Source: a virus
Taxonomy: Duplodnaviria > Caudoviricetes
Length of the DNA: 64,000 nucleotides
IMG/VR virus record: IMGVR_UViG_3300045391_006539
Direction: 5' to 3' (one strand)
Each line of letters begins with the position of its first letter. The first letter of the stretch is position 1. Position numbers and translations under genes: made by a program. The notes beneath the pieces are model-generated. The model was given only the letters and a program-made list of their open reading frames with translations. It ran no database searches and was not told the DNA's origin. This document shows, piece by piece, positions 28,805 to 37,581 of this stretch.

Positions 28805-30493
28805 ATGCTCAAATGTAGTCACTTCCGGGCCGAGACGGAGCATGGACCCTCTGCCATCCCGCTCTTCGGCAAGGCCGACGCGTACTTCGAGAAGACCGCG
28901 TCGGCCCAGCTGCTTCCGGAGGTGAGTCGGTACATCGCTCAACTCCGTCCGCTGCCCAACTCCCAGTACGTCTTGGTCAACGCCATGGGCGCGGGCGAGT
29001 ACTACGGCAGCAACGTCAACGGGGACTACTTCACGGAGGCGTGCCTCATTCACAAGCCCGACGAGTGGACTGGCAATCCCCTGTTCGACCGTGCTCTGGC
29101 GGCAGCATGGCCCTATGGGTTCCCCACCTTCTATCGCGCTCATCCATACGCGCATCATCGAAACAAGGACAGCAAACGCGCCTTCGGAGAAGTCGAGCTC
29201 GCTGCCTGGAACCCGCACATGCGCCGGGTCGAGCTCGTCACCCGGGTAGACCAGGACAAGTGTGCCGAGTTCGGTGGGCAGGGTACCTGGGACAAGCTCA
29301 GGACAGGGGCCTATCCCGATGTATCGATGGGTACCAAAGTCCCTTTCGACACCTGCAGCATCTGCCTCGACTGGAAGACCTACGAGGAGGCGCTCGCGAG
29401 CTTCGACCCAGTGCGGCACAAGCACCCGGGTCTCGCTGCGCTCGAGTGGCACAAGACCAAGCGGCCCATCCAGGGCCTGTCCATCACTCGCCAGGACTAC
29501 TGCGAGCATGCCCTGCGGCAGATGAACCGCATCTTCCCCGATGGGAGGAAGTCATTCGTCTACAACGACTGGCCGGCATTCTTCGATATCAGCTTCGTCT
29601 TCATCGGCGCGGACAAGACGGCGAAGACGATGTTCTTCATCTTCTCGCAGGGTGTACCGCACAGTGCGGTACGTTCGAGCGCCGAGCTCGCCGATGACCT
29701 GGGGGTCGAGGAGCCGGGGGAGAAGACCGCGAGCGTCGATGACCTGCTGCTCGAACAGGCTTTCGGCAAGCTAGCGCGGCAGAAGCGTGGGGAAATCGAC
29801 AAGAGGTACGTGCCCACGCAGTTCGCGGGCAAGGCCGTGCCCCTCATCACTGGGTGTGAGCCCGACCTACCCAACGAAACTCTCGACCAGCTCTCCTCGG
29901 TGGCACCCGCGAACGTCCTGTCCACGCTCGGCGGGATGGGAATTTTGCTCAAGCCGAGGGAGTTCCAACGCCTGATTCTCACCCAGCTCGGCCAGCGTGA
30001 GTTGGCGGATGAACTCGATGAGAATGGTGAGGTCATCGAGCAGACGGACGAGCGAGAAAACATGGGCGTGGATGCCAAAAACTTCCAACCCGCGCTCGCC
30101 GAGATGCTCTCTGGACTCATCGCCCAGCGTTCCCTTTTAGCCCCCGAACTCGAACAGCGCGCAGTCATGTCGTCGCCGTCCGAGAAGACCAAGAGCGCAC
30201 GAGCGCCTTCCCATTCCAAAGACCTGCTCGATAAGATTGCCGCTGCCTATAACGGCTACCGCCAAGACGTGATGGAACTGGTCGCTCACTCGCAACACTT
30301 GATGGCTCTGGCGGGGACTACGAGTCCCCTGCAGAAGCTTTCATCGGTGCCTGCCAGTGAGGTCTTCACCCCGCTATCGGCTGCATACCTCCGGTATGCT
30401 TACGCCGATGAGTTCGGTGGGGCGAGTACCACTACCAAAACGGGCGGCAGCCGGCGTGGAGGAGGGTCTCCCTCCGAAGAACACGTGGGGTGA
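28805..30493 (+). CDS. Prohead (capsid maturation) protease, HK97/assemblin-like, with zinc-finger insertion
   Basis: NVNGDYF, HHRNKD...AFGEV, DVSMG (Ser nucleophile-like), CSIC..YCEH, FFDISFVFIGAD..A; lies upstream of scaffold and capsid genes. Confidence 0.7.
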   Translation: MLKCSHFRAETEHGPSAIPLFGKADAYFEKTASAQLLPEVSRYIAQLRPLPNSQYVLVNAMGAGEYYGSNVNGDYFTEACLIHKPDEWTGNPLFDRALAAAWPYGFPTFYRAHPYAHHRNKDSKRAFGEVELAAWNPHMRRVELVTRVDQDKCAEFGGQGTWDKLRTGAYPDVSMGTKVPFDTCSICLDWKTYEEALASFDPVRHKHPGLAALEWHKTKRPIQGLSITRQDYCEHALRQMNRIFPDGRKSFVYNDWPAFFDISFVFIGADKTAKTMFFIFSQGVPHSAVRSSAELADDLGVEEPGEKTASVDDLLLEQAFGKLARQKRGEIDKRYVPTQFAGKAVPLITGCEPDLPNETLDQLSSVAPANVLSTLGGMGILLKPREFQRLILTQLGQRELADELDENGEVIEQTDERENMGVDAKNFQPALAEMLSGLIAQRSLLAPELEQRAVMSSPSEKTKSARAPSHSKDLLDKIAAAYNGYRQDVMELVAHSQHLMALAGTTSPLQKLSSVPASEVFTPLSAAYLRYAYADEFGGASTTTKTGGSRRGGGSPSEEHVG

Positions 30494-30519
30494 CGATAAC
30501 CACGGTTGAGGAGTTTGGA

Positions 30520-31326
30520 ATGACCATGAATCAAGATTTGCGCCAGATGTTCGCGGGCAGCGACGAAGCCACCGTGAAGCAGGCCGAGGCCGAGATGTTC
30601 GCGAAGCTCGCTGCGGCGGAAGGCGTCAACCTCGCAGACTTCACCGATGAGCAGGTGCAGCAGCTCTGGGACCATACCTTCGGCAAGCATGCCGAGGATG
30701 GCGAAGAGGCCAAGAAGGACGACGAGGAGAAGGACGACGACGAGAAGAAGGAAGCGGCCGCGGCCGAGCACCAGCAGAAGCTCGCGTTCGCCAACGAAGT
30801 CGCCAAGGCCGAGCACCTCGGTCAGGTGATGGCCGAATCTTACGTGCAGCACCTCAACAAGCTGGGCCACGACCTGTCGAAGGAAGCCACCAAGGCGCTG
30901 CCGGGTCCGAGCATGCGTGGTGCCTTCGGTCGGGCACTGACGAGCGTCCAGCAGGCGGCTCGCAAGGGCAAGGGCGCCGTCGAGCGCGGCGCGCGCAAGG
31001 CGGGTGATTTTGCCAAGGAACACAAGGGCAAGTTCATCGCTGGTGGCGCGGGTGCTGCTGCGGGTGCCGGTGGGGGCTATGTGGCTGGCAAGAAGAAAGA
31101 GAGCTCGGCGCTCTCCAACATCGACCAGCTGGCGCTCGAGCACGCGGTCAAGCTCGCGAACGACGCAGGTCTCGACCCCGAGGTGGCGGCGACGCGTGTG
31201 ACGAGCGTCGCGAACCTGGGTCTGGACGAGTCCGACAAGGTCGCCTCCACGCTGCAGGAGCAGGTGCACGTCCGCGCGCTCGAGTATCTCGAGGCGGCGG
31301 GTTACCCCGTCACCTGGCCCGAGTGA
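30520..31326 (+). CDS. Scaffold-like head protein with KxA motifs and an internal Gly-rich cationic peptide
   Basis: SD GAGGAG; acidic helices; VKQA, AKLA, GKHA, KKEA, QKLA, SKEA, VKLA, DKVA. Confidence 0.65.
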   Translation: MTMNQDLRQMFAGSDEATVKQAEAEMFAKLAAAEGVNLADFTDEQVQQLWDHTFGKHAEDGEEAKKDDEEKDDDEKKEAAAAEHQQKLAFANEVAKAEHLGQVMAESYVQHLNKLGHDLSKEATKALPGPSMRGAFGRALTSVQQAARKGKGAVERGARKAGDFAKEHKGKFIAGGAGAAAGAGGGYVAGKKKESSALSNIDQLALEHAVKLANDAGLDPEVAATRVTSVANLGLDESDKVASTLQEQVHVRALEYLEAAGYPVTWPE

Positions 31327-31360
31327 ACGTAGTTCCGTAGTCATCGGGACACGACGAAAG

Positions 31361-32779
31361 GTGGCAGCGACGTTCAAGATGGCGGCGTCTATGGGTTCTG
31401 GTCTACCAGACCCCCATAAGGACGTCGCTGCTTCCAACCCCATCCCGACGATGGCTGTCGAGAACAAGCCAGCGCCGGGGCAGACGGGTCCCAAGGGTCT
31501 AGCCCCGAGGACCACGTACTCGCGAGTGAACACGGGGCAACCTCCCGTCATGGACGCTGGAGCATCCGCCCAGAAGAGTGGCCCCAACATGGGGATGAGT
31601 TTTCTGCCTGCTAAAGTGGCAGCGGATAGAGGTTTTATGGCTACGTCATTTCAAGAGCGCCCCACGCTGCAGTCGATGGTGAAGGCAGCCATGGAGGGGG
31701 CGACGCATCGTCTGTCTGTCAACATCGAGGCAGGGCGTCAGGAGCAGACTCGCAGCGGTGTGAAAACCGCGAATGCGAAGGCGTCTTCGTCCTCCCCCGG
31801 TCACGTATCTACCGAGCTTTGCCAGAAGCTCGCAGGTGCACTCGGTTTCATCAGCCAGCAAATCGTCAAGGAAGCGGAGGGTCCCGGTGAAGGACCGGGC
31901 GCATTGACGGTGATGCAGGCGACGAGCAACGAGAAGCCCCTCGAGCCGGGCGAGAGTGGCCAGGCGACGGGCAAGAACCAGCCGCCGCGCACGCCCGAGA
32001 CTCAGAGCGAGCAGGTGCAGAGCGGCAACGCTGGTACGGGTCTCGAAACCAATGACGACATGATGCACGGCGAGCAGCCGGTGGAACCCATCAAGAACGC
32101 CTCGGCCTTGGTGCAGGCCAACCTGGCCAAGGTGTCCTCGGCACTCGGCGCGGCCATGGGTGTGCGCAACGCCGTGCGCAATACGGCCGTCGATGCCGTC
32201 TCCAAGGGCAAGGCCCTTGGTCAGAAGGGTGTCGACTGGGCGAAGGCCAACCCCAAGAAGGCCATCGGCATCGGCGCAGGCGCCGCGGCCGTGGGCGGTG
32301 GTGCTGCTCTCGCCTCGCGCAAGAAGGAGGGCTCCGCCCCCATCGCGCTCATCCGGAAGCTGGCGGAAGATGCCATCAATCCGGCGCACATCGACTCACC
32401 AGCGAGCGTCAACCCCGCCGAGCCCCCGCCTGGTGCGAGCGCGAGCGAAGAGGGCGTGCCGAGCGAGCCCGGTGACGTGACCAGCCAGAAGCGGATGATT
32501 GCCTCCAACCAGGCAGCCATCGACTACACGAAGCGCGAGGCCAAGGCAGACCCCAAGAAGGACGTCGCCCAGGTCGTGACCGAGCCGCCGCTGTCGAGCA
32601 CGACGGACAAGGTGCTCGAGCAGGCCTTCGATGCCACGGGTCAGGCCGGCGTGAAGATTTCGTCGGCGGGTGGTCTGCGCAAGACCGCCATGCAGGTGAG
32701 CGCCCAGCGCGTCATCCTCGACCGCTTGCTCAAGCAGGCGAGCGCCGACGTGGAGAAGTCCCAGGGCGCGAGCGCCTGA
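31361..32779 (+). CDS. Low-complexity scaffold-like head protein with KxA motifs (possible internal start 31637)
   Basis: 472 aa; VKTA, QKLA, VKEA, IKNA, RKLA, RKTA, LKQA. TGC-TAAAGT and GAGG precede ATG 31637. Confidence 0.65.
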   Translation: MAATFKMAASMGSGLPDPHKDVAASNPIPTMAVENKPAPGQTGPKGLAPRTTYSRVNTGQPPVMDAGASAQKSGPNMGMSFLPAKVAADRGFMATSFQERPTLQSMVKAAMEGATHRLSVNIEAGRQEQTRSGVKTANAKASSSSPGHVSTELCQKLAGALGFISQQIVKEAEGPGEGPGALTVMQATSNEKPLEPGESGQATGKNQPPRTPETQSEQVQSGNAGTGLETNDDMMHGEQPVEPIKNASALVQANLAKVSSALGAAMGVRNAVRNTAVDAVSKGKALGQKGVDWAKANPKKAIGIGAGAAAVGGGAALASRKKEGSAPIALIRKLAEDAINPAHIDSPASVNPAEPPPGASASEEGVPSEPGDVTSQKRMIASNQAAIDYTKREAKADPKKDVAQVVTEPPLSSTTDKVLEQAFDATGQAGVKISSAGGLRKTAMQVSAQRVILDRLLKQASADVEKSQGASA

Positions 32780-32793
32780 GCGAAGGAGGTCAA

Positions 32794-33150
32794 ATGGACA
32801 AGCAGAGTGCAGCCAAGGTCGCGCAGGTGCTCCAAGAGGCGGGGGAGACCATCCTCAGCCTGAGTGCCGAGCGTGACAAACTGGCTTCCGAGAACGCGGC
32901 CTACAAGCGCCGTGAGGAAGCCACCAAAGTCGCGAGTGTGCTCCACGACAAGGGCATCGACCGTGACATGGAGTTTCCCGAGCTGGTATCGAAGCTCGAG
33001 AAGGAAGCAGAGGCAGGCCGTCTCCCAGAGATTGCCCGCGCTGCAGAGTGGATTGGTCCACAGATGAGCTTCGGCTCCACCAATCACGACGAGAACGTTG
33101 GTTCGGGTGGCGACATGCTGACCAACTACCTCGTTGGTTCTGTCGGCTAG
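32794..33150 (+). CDS. Small coiled-coil scaffold-like protein
   Basis: SD AAGGAGG; DKLA, TKVA, EKEA. Confidence 0.7.
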   Translation: MDKQSAAKVAQVLQEAGETILSLSAERDKLASENAAYKRREEATKVASVLHDKGIDRDMEFPELVSKLEKEAEAGRLPEIARAAEWIGPQMSFGSTNHDENVGSGGDMLTNYLVGSVG

Positions 33151-33169
33151 ACCAGAGGAGACCAAGTAA

Positions 33170-33691
33170 ATGAGCACCATTCAGAAGGTCAACTTTGAGA
33201 TAGTCAGCGACTTGTTGAAGAACCAAGTGCGTGACTTCGCGCTTGCCGACAAGACCATCGCTGAACCTCTCAACACAACCGCACTCGTCGACGGCGAGTG
33301 GTTCATCATCGACTCGAGCTACAAGGCGGCGCGGGCCACGGCCATCAACGCGGCCAACAACGTGGCAACGCAGACGTCCTACGTGGTGTGGTCCGAGCGT
33401 GGGCGTACCGACGTGCTGGCCATGGCGCAGCGCAAGGTTCCGCTCATCTTCCTCGGCGATTTCGAGGCAGACACGCGCATCTTCGACGCCACTGCAACGC
33501 CGAGCGGCGGCGCGGCCATCACGACCGTGGGCCAGCCCCTGAAGGTCGCGAGCATCGACATCGGCGGCAAAATCGTGTGCGGTCTCGTCGGCGCCGTCGC
33601 GGGCGATGGCGAGCCCATCGTTGGCCGCGTCACCCGCTTGCCCGCCAACAACGGCGGCAAGCTTCGTTTCGTCCGAGCCAGCAGCATCTGA
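33170..33691 (+). CDS. Putative capsid decoration/cement protein
   Basis: 173-aa beta-rich ORF immediately upstream of the capsid gene; SD GAGGAG. Confidence 0.5.
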   Translation: MSTIQKVNFEIVSDLLKNQVRDFALADKTIAEPLNTTALVDGEWFIIDSSYKAARATAINAANNVATQTSYVVWSERGRTDVLAMAQRKVPLIFLGDFEADTRIFDATATPSGGAAITTVGQPLKVASIDIGGKIVCGLVGAVAGDGEPIVGRVTRLPANNGGKLRFVRASSI

Positions 33692-33718
33692 GCTCAGAAA
33701 GGAAAGAGGACACAGACC

Positions 33719-34834
33719 ATGGTTTCAGGTCGCATGCTCAACGAGTCCTTTGCTCAGAAGCTGAACACGGCTGATGGCAAAGAGAAAGTCGCCGAATTCG
33801 GCGGCGCCTACATCCGGGACAAGCTGCGCGAGGTTTCCTTCGTGCGCAAAATCATCCCCCCGGAGAACGTGACGCGCGCGGATTGCCAGCGCTCCGTCAA
33901 CCACGACACGCTCGTGAAGATTGTCGATATCGAGCCCAAGAGCCGCGCGATGACGGTGACCTTCCGTGGCGCTCCGTCGGCTCGCTTCATCCGCGGCGAC
34001 CGCGCCGAGGTGGCCTTCTTCACCATCTCCAGCGAGATGTTCCAGAAGACCGAGCAGGAGCTCCTCGCCTACGAGATGCCCATCACGAAAATCATCGAGG
34101 AGAACTCGGTGAAGGACATCCAGGAAATCGAGGACCGCGAGTTCGTCATCCACATCGAGGCGGCAGTCCAGGCGCTGCAGACCGAGGCCAACAGCGGCAC
34201 CCCGGCGGCGCTGGCAGCGAGCACCATCGGCACGACGGTGGAGTTCTCCATCATCAAGGGCGAGCTCGCCCGCGCCGATTCGGCAGACACGGCGACGGTG
34301 CAGCCCATCCAGCGGCCCGACATCGTCAACCTGTTCAAGCTGCTCGACACCAACCGTCTGCGTTGTGAGCGCCTGCTCATGACGGAGCCGGACTGGGACG
34401 ACCTGCTGCAGTGGACGGTCGAGGACTTCGGCGACAAGATTCAGTCCGAGACGGCCATCGATGGCTACAAGTACAACACGGTGCTGGGGCGGCCTTACAT
34501 CCGCACCATCAAGACGGACATCCTGCGTCCGGGCAACGTGTATGCCTTCACGAAGCCGGAGTTTTTCGGGAAGTTCTACGTCCTGAACAACACCAAGTTC
34601 TACATCGACAAAGTCGCGAACACCATCACGTTTCAGGCGTGGGAAGACATCGCGATGTCGGTCATCAACGTGGCGTCCGTGCGCAAGCTGGAGCTCTACT
34701 CCGGCAATGCCAACCCGAACGCGGGTAACCAGAGCCTCATCGCCAACTTCGTGCCGGTGGACGAAGACCAGCTCGGCGCAGTGAACAACCGCGTGAGCGC
34801 CGGCCTCAAGTTCCCGTCGGTGACCCAGTACTGA
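33719..34834 (+). CDS. Major capsid protein (HK97-fold, inferred)
   Basis: 371 aa with very biased codon usage; follows protease/scaffold/decoration genes and precedes a terminator; IRDKLREVSFVRKIIPP N-terminus; helix EIEDREF. Confidence 0.75.
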   Translation: MVSGRMLNESFAQKLNTADGKEKVAEFGGAYIRDKLREVSFVRKIIPPENVTRADCQRSVNHDTLVKIVDIEPKSRAMTVTFRGAPSARFIRGDRAEVAFFTISSEMFQKTEQELLAYEMPITKIIEENSVKDIQEIEDREFVIHIEAAVQALQTEANSGTPAALAASTIGTTVEFSIIKGELARADSADTATVQPIQRPDIVNLFKLLDTNRLRCERLLMTEPDWDDLLQWTVEDFGDKIQSETAIDGYKYNTVLGRPYIRTIKTDILRPGNVYAFTKPEFFGKFYVLNNTKFYIDKVANTITFQAWEDIAMSVINVASVRKLELYSGNANPNAGNQSLIANFVPVDEDQLGAVNNRVSAGLKFPSVTQY

Positions 34835-34888
34835 CGGAGCGCGAGACGTAACCATAGGGCTCGCGTTCGCGTGAGCATGGTCAGAAAC

Positions 34889-34925
34889 GGGCGTCGGTGC
34901 CGGATGGACCGGCGCCCTTTCTGTT
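34889..34925 (+). terminator. Rho-independent terminator after the capsid gene
   Basis: GGGCGTCGGT/ACCGGCGCCC stem (one G-U) followed by TTTCTGTT. Confidence 0.65.
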
Positions 34926-34938
34926 CGAGGAGATAGAC

Positions 34939-35640
34939 ATGCCCATTCTAGGTTCAGGACAGTTCACCTCACAGAAGGCGCAGCGGCCTCACCTTCTGCG
35001 TGGTGCAGGCGGTATCGCAGGCGAAATTGCCGACCTGCGCGAAGACATCAAGGCAGACTTCACTCCGAACGCCGCCATCGCGGTCGAGGAGTTCACCAAC
35101 TTGCCGGCGGCTGGCGCGGCGCTCATCTCGACGGCGGCATCGGTCACCGTCGCGCCTCGCTCACCGACGCTGCTCGCGCTCGCCGCGAACATCAGCCCGC
35201 CCCGCAACATCACGGTGACGACGGCTGGTGGTACGCCTGCCGACGCGCCGGCAACCACGCTCATTACGGGCACCGACATCAACGGCGACGTGATGACCGA
35301 GACCATCAACGTGGCCCAGACAGCGACCATCGCGGCGGGCGTGAAGACCTTTGCCTCGGTGACCTCCATCCTGGAGGCCGCTGCGCAGGGTACGGATGCC
35401 ACGCTGAGCTACGGCATCGGCGTCGCCGTGGGCCTCAAGAAGAAGGTCATGACTCGGGCGGGTCTGTTCGCGCTCGTCAAGGAGATTGCTGCGGGCTCGC
35501 TCGCGCCGACGCCCGGAACCTTCGTGGTCCCGGCCACGGCCGTGCCGAACGGGTCGTACGCTCCGAACACCGCGGCGAACGGGACGAACGACTACACCCT
35601 GTTCTACGAGTACGACCCGACCACGAACGAAAACGCGTGA
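34939..35640 (+). CDS. Thr/Ala-rich virion structural protein
   Basis: SD GAGGAG; beta-rich sequence including ITGTDINGDVMTETI. Confidence 0.6.
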   Translation: MPILGSGQFTSQKAQRPHLLRGAGGIAGEIADLREDIKADFTPNAAIAVEEFTNLPAAGAALISTAASVTVAPRSPTLLALAANISPPRNITVTTAGGTPADAPATTLITGTDINGDVMTETINVAQTATIAAGVKTFASVTSILEAAAQGTDATLSYGIGVAVGLKKKVMTRAGLFALVKEIAAGSLAPTPGTFVVPATAVPNGSYAPNTAANGTNDYTLFYEYDPTTNENA

Positions 35641-35649
35641 GGTGACTTC

Positions 35650-36219
35650 ATGGCCGAAGACACCAAAGACTCAGAGACTGTCGAGGCACCTGCCCCGGCA
35701 GCTCCCAAGACCTACCTGCTGAAGAACGTCAGCCGGGGTCGGGGCAACCGCATCGAGCGGAAGTCCCAGCCCGGTCGTCGTCCCTTCGTGCAGCGGTTTG
35801 CCGGCGGCAACATCGTCGTCCGCCGAGCCCGTCCAGCGCGCATCTCGGAGGCCGCGCTCTTGGCCAACCTCGGAGCCATCAAGAAGGCCGTCGCTGCTCA
35901 TCAGATTGTCGTCACGACGTCTGCTGGTGACATCGTCGACCTCGAGACGTTCCAGGTGACGCCGCAGGTACCGGCGAGTCCGGTGCCCAATCCTCCGCTG
36001 GACTCGGCCAAGAACGACAAGAACGAGAACATCGGCTACGACGTGCCCCCGACTCCGGAAGGCACGGCGGCACACTCCGAGGTCCCCGAGCTCCTCCGTC
36101 AGGGGGAACTACCGGGGGAGTCAGAGCCGCCACCGGAGCCGAGTGGAGAGCCCGAGGTCGAGAAGCCCCATGAGCACTCCCATTCCCACAAGAAGGGGAA
36201 GAAGCGAGGCCACTCATGA
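35650..36219 (+). CDS. Hypothetical protein, Pro-rich C-terminus
   Basis: SD GAGGTG; in operon. Confidence 0.65.
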   Translation: MAEDTKDSETVEAPAPAAPKTYLLKNVSRGRGNRIERKSQPGRRPFVQRFAGGNIVVRRARPARISEAALLANLGAIKKAVAAHQIVVTTSAGDIVDLETFQVTPQVPASPVPNPPLDSAKNDKNENIGYDVPPTPEGTAAHSEVPELLRQGELPGESEPPPEPSGEPEVEKPHEHSHSHKKGKKRGHS

Positions 36220-36560
36220 AAGTCTTCAACATCACGGACGCCTCCACGGCAGCCCTGCGCAATCAGGGACTCGAGAACCAGCACATCAAAGTGGGCGACG
36301 TCATCGTCGCCCCGGGCGCTTCGACGGTCCTTCGAGGCACGGCCAAGGAACGGTCGGAACTCTCGTCCCTCATCAAAGCGGGGGCGGTGGTAGTCGGCAA
36401 ATTGCCCGTTTGGTACGCGGCCAAGCGCAATCTGAGCTTGGATGGAACGCCTTTTGTGGTCTCGGAACCGGTGGCTCAGGTGGTGGAGGCCGACAATCCT
36501 CCGCCCGAGAGCGCGCCGGAATCCGCATCGGTGGCCCCCGAGTCATCGACCGAGGAGTGA
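36216..36560 (+). CDS. Hypothetical protein
   Basis: ATGA overlap with the upstream gene. Confidence 0.65.
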   Translation: MKVFNITDASTAALRNQGLENQHIKVGDVIVAPGASTVLRGTAKERSELSSLIKAGAVVVGKLPVWYAAKRNLSLDGTPFVVSEPVAQVVEADNPPPESAPESASVAPESSTEE

Positions 36561-36563
36561 GTC

Positions 36564-37109
36564 ATGGCTGAGCTCCAGTCCGTCATCCCGCTGAGTCCGT
36601 CGATGCAGGCATTCGTGCCGGTCGTGCGGGCCTACATGCGCGACATGCCGGAGCTCAACCGACTCGTCGCGGGAGTGGAGAGCGGGGACCGTTTCATCGC
36701 CTGGTCGGTGCTCGACGCCATCAGTCGGTTCAACGGTACCCCGCACTTCACGAGTCTGTCTCTCGACGACTTGCTCGGTCTGCAGCAACATCACTTGCTG
36801 CTGCGCCTGACGAGTGAGACCATCCTCGAGAGCGTGGGTCTACTGCAGACCCGCAACCACATCAACTACTCGAACGGCGGCATCAACGTCGGCGTCAACG
36901 ACAAGACCCCACTCATCCAGTCCTGGCTGCAGCTCTTCAGCGCACGGACGGAGCAGATGATTTCTCGGGTGAAGGTTGCCATCAACATCCAGGGCATCCT
37001 CGGACCCGAGAACAACGGGGTCCATTCTGAGCTGTGGGCAGTCAATAGCACATACCTGAGCTACGCAGTTCCTCTATTCCTGTTCATCAAGTTCGTCCTC
37101 ATGTCCTGA
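36564..37109 (+). CDS. Putative head-tail adaptor/neck protein
   Basis: Helical 181 aa (VRAYMRD...YSNGGINV); position between head and tail genes. Confidence 0.5.
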   Translation: MAELQSVIPLSPSMQAFVPVVRAYMRDMPELNRLVAGVESGDRFIAWSVLDAISRFNGTPHFTSLSLDDLLGLQQHHLLLRLTSETILESVGLLQTRNHINYSNGGINVGVNDKTPLIQSWLQLFSARTEQMISRVKVAINIQGILGPENNGVHSELWAVNSTYLSYAVPLFLFIKFVLMS

Positions 37110-37119
37110 TTGGGGCTAC

Positions 37120-37581
37120 ATGGCACTCGCATTTCGAAAGTTCTCTCGGCTCGAGCACGCGACGTCGTTTCTCCAGGGTCACCTCGTCGGAAGCGTGAGC
37201 TTGCTGCGCAATGGCAACTCGCTCTATTTGCATGGCAAGACCCTCATCTTCACGACGCCGAGCGCCACGGTGACGTTCGATGCGACTCCCGATGGCACGC
37301 AGATTCCTCTCACGCTCGCGCAGGTGAAGTCCCAAATCGAGGCGGGCGCGTCGGGCGTGACGTGCCACTTTAGCGAAGGCCGGCTCGACCTGTTCATGGC
37401 GACGCCCGGGTCTATCGCGCTCGACAAGGACGGCACGGCCAATGCCCAGCTCGGCTTCAGTACGACGGCGGACAGCTCGGCGGCGGTCTATGCCGCGCCG
37501 GGTGGGTCTGCGCCAGCGCTCGTCCAGATTGTCCCGGACACGGGCAGCAACTCCTTCGTGGTGGTGACCGATGATGCATGA
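37120..37581 (+). CDS. Virion structural protein with a sheath-insertion-like motif
   Basis: TLAQVKSQIEA...GTANAQLGF resembles repeats in the sheath N-terminal region. Confidence 0.5.
   Translation: MALAFRKFSRLEHATSFLQGHLVGSVSLLRNGNSLYLHGKTLIFTTPSATVTFDATPDGTQIPLTLAQVKSQIEAGASGVTCHFSEGRLDLFMATPGSIALDKDGTANAQLGFSTTADSSAAVYAAPGGSAPALVQIVPDTGSNSFVVVTDDA

Noticed and set aside
30495-30505. GATAACCACGG identical to the - strand sequence at 9008-8998
   Set aside because: A single 11-mer match is compatible with chance in 64 kb; not promoted beyond the promoter-motif finding.
30437-30509. Possible +1 shift at the protease C-terminus giving KTAAAGVEEGLPPKNTW
   Set aside because: No slippery sequence, both frames end within ~25 codons, and the region is better explained by the RNA motif; a 1-nt indel cannot be excluded.
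33719-34834. Encapsulin operon, gene transfer agent or tailocin/eCIS instead of phage
   Set aside because: Co-occurrence of portal, terminase, protease, sheath, tube, RNAP and dNMP kinase over more than 60 kb indicates a large phage.
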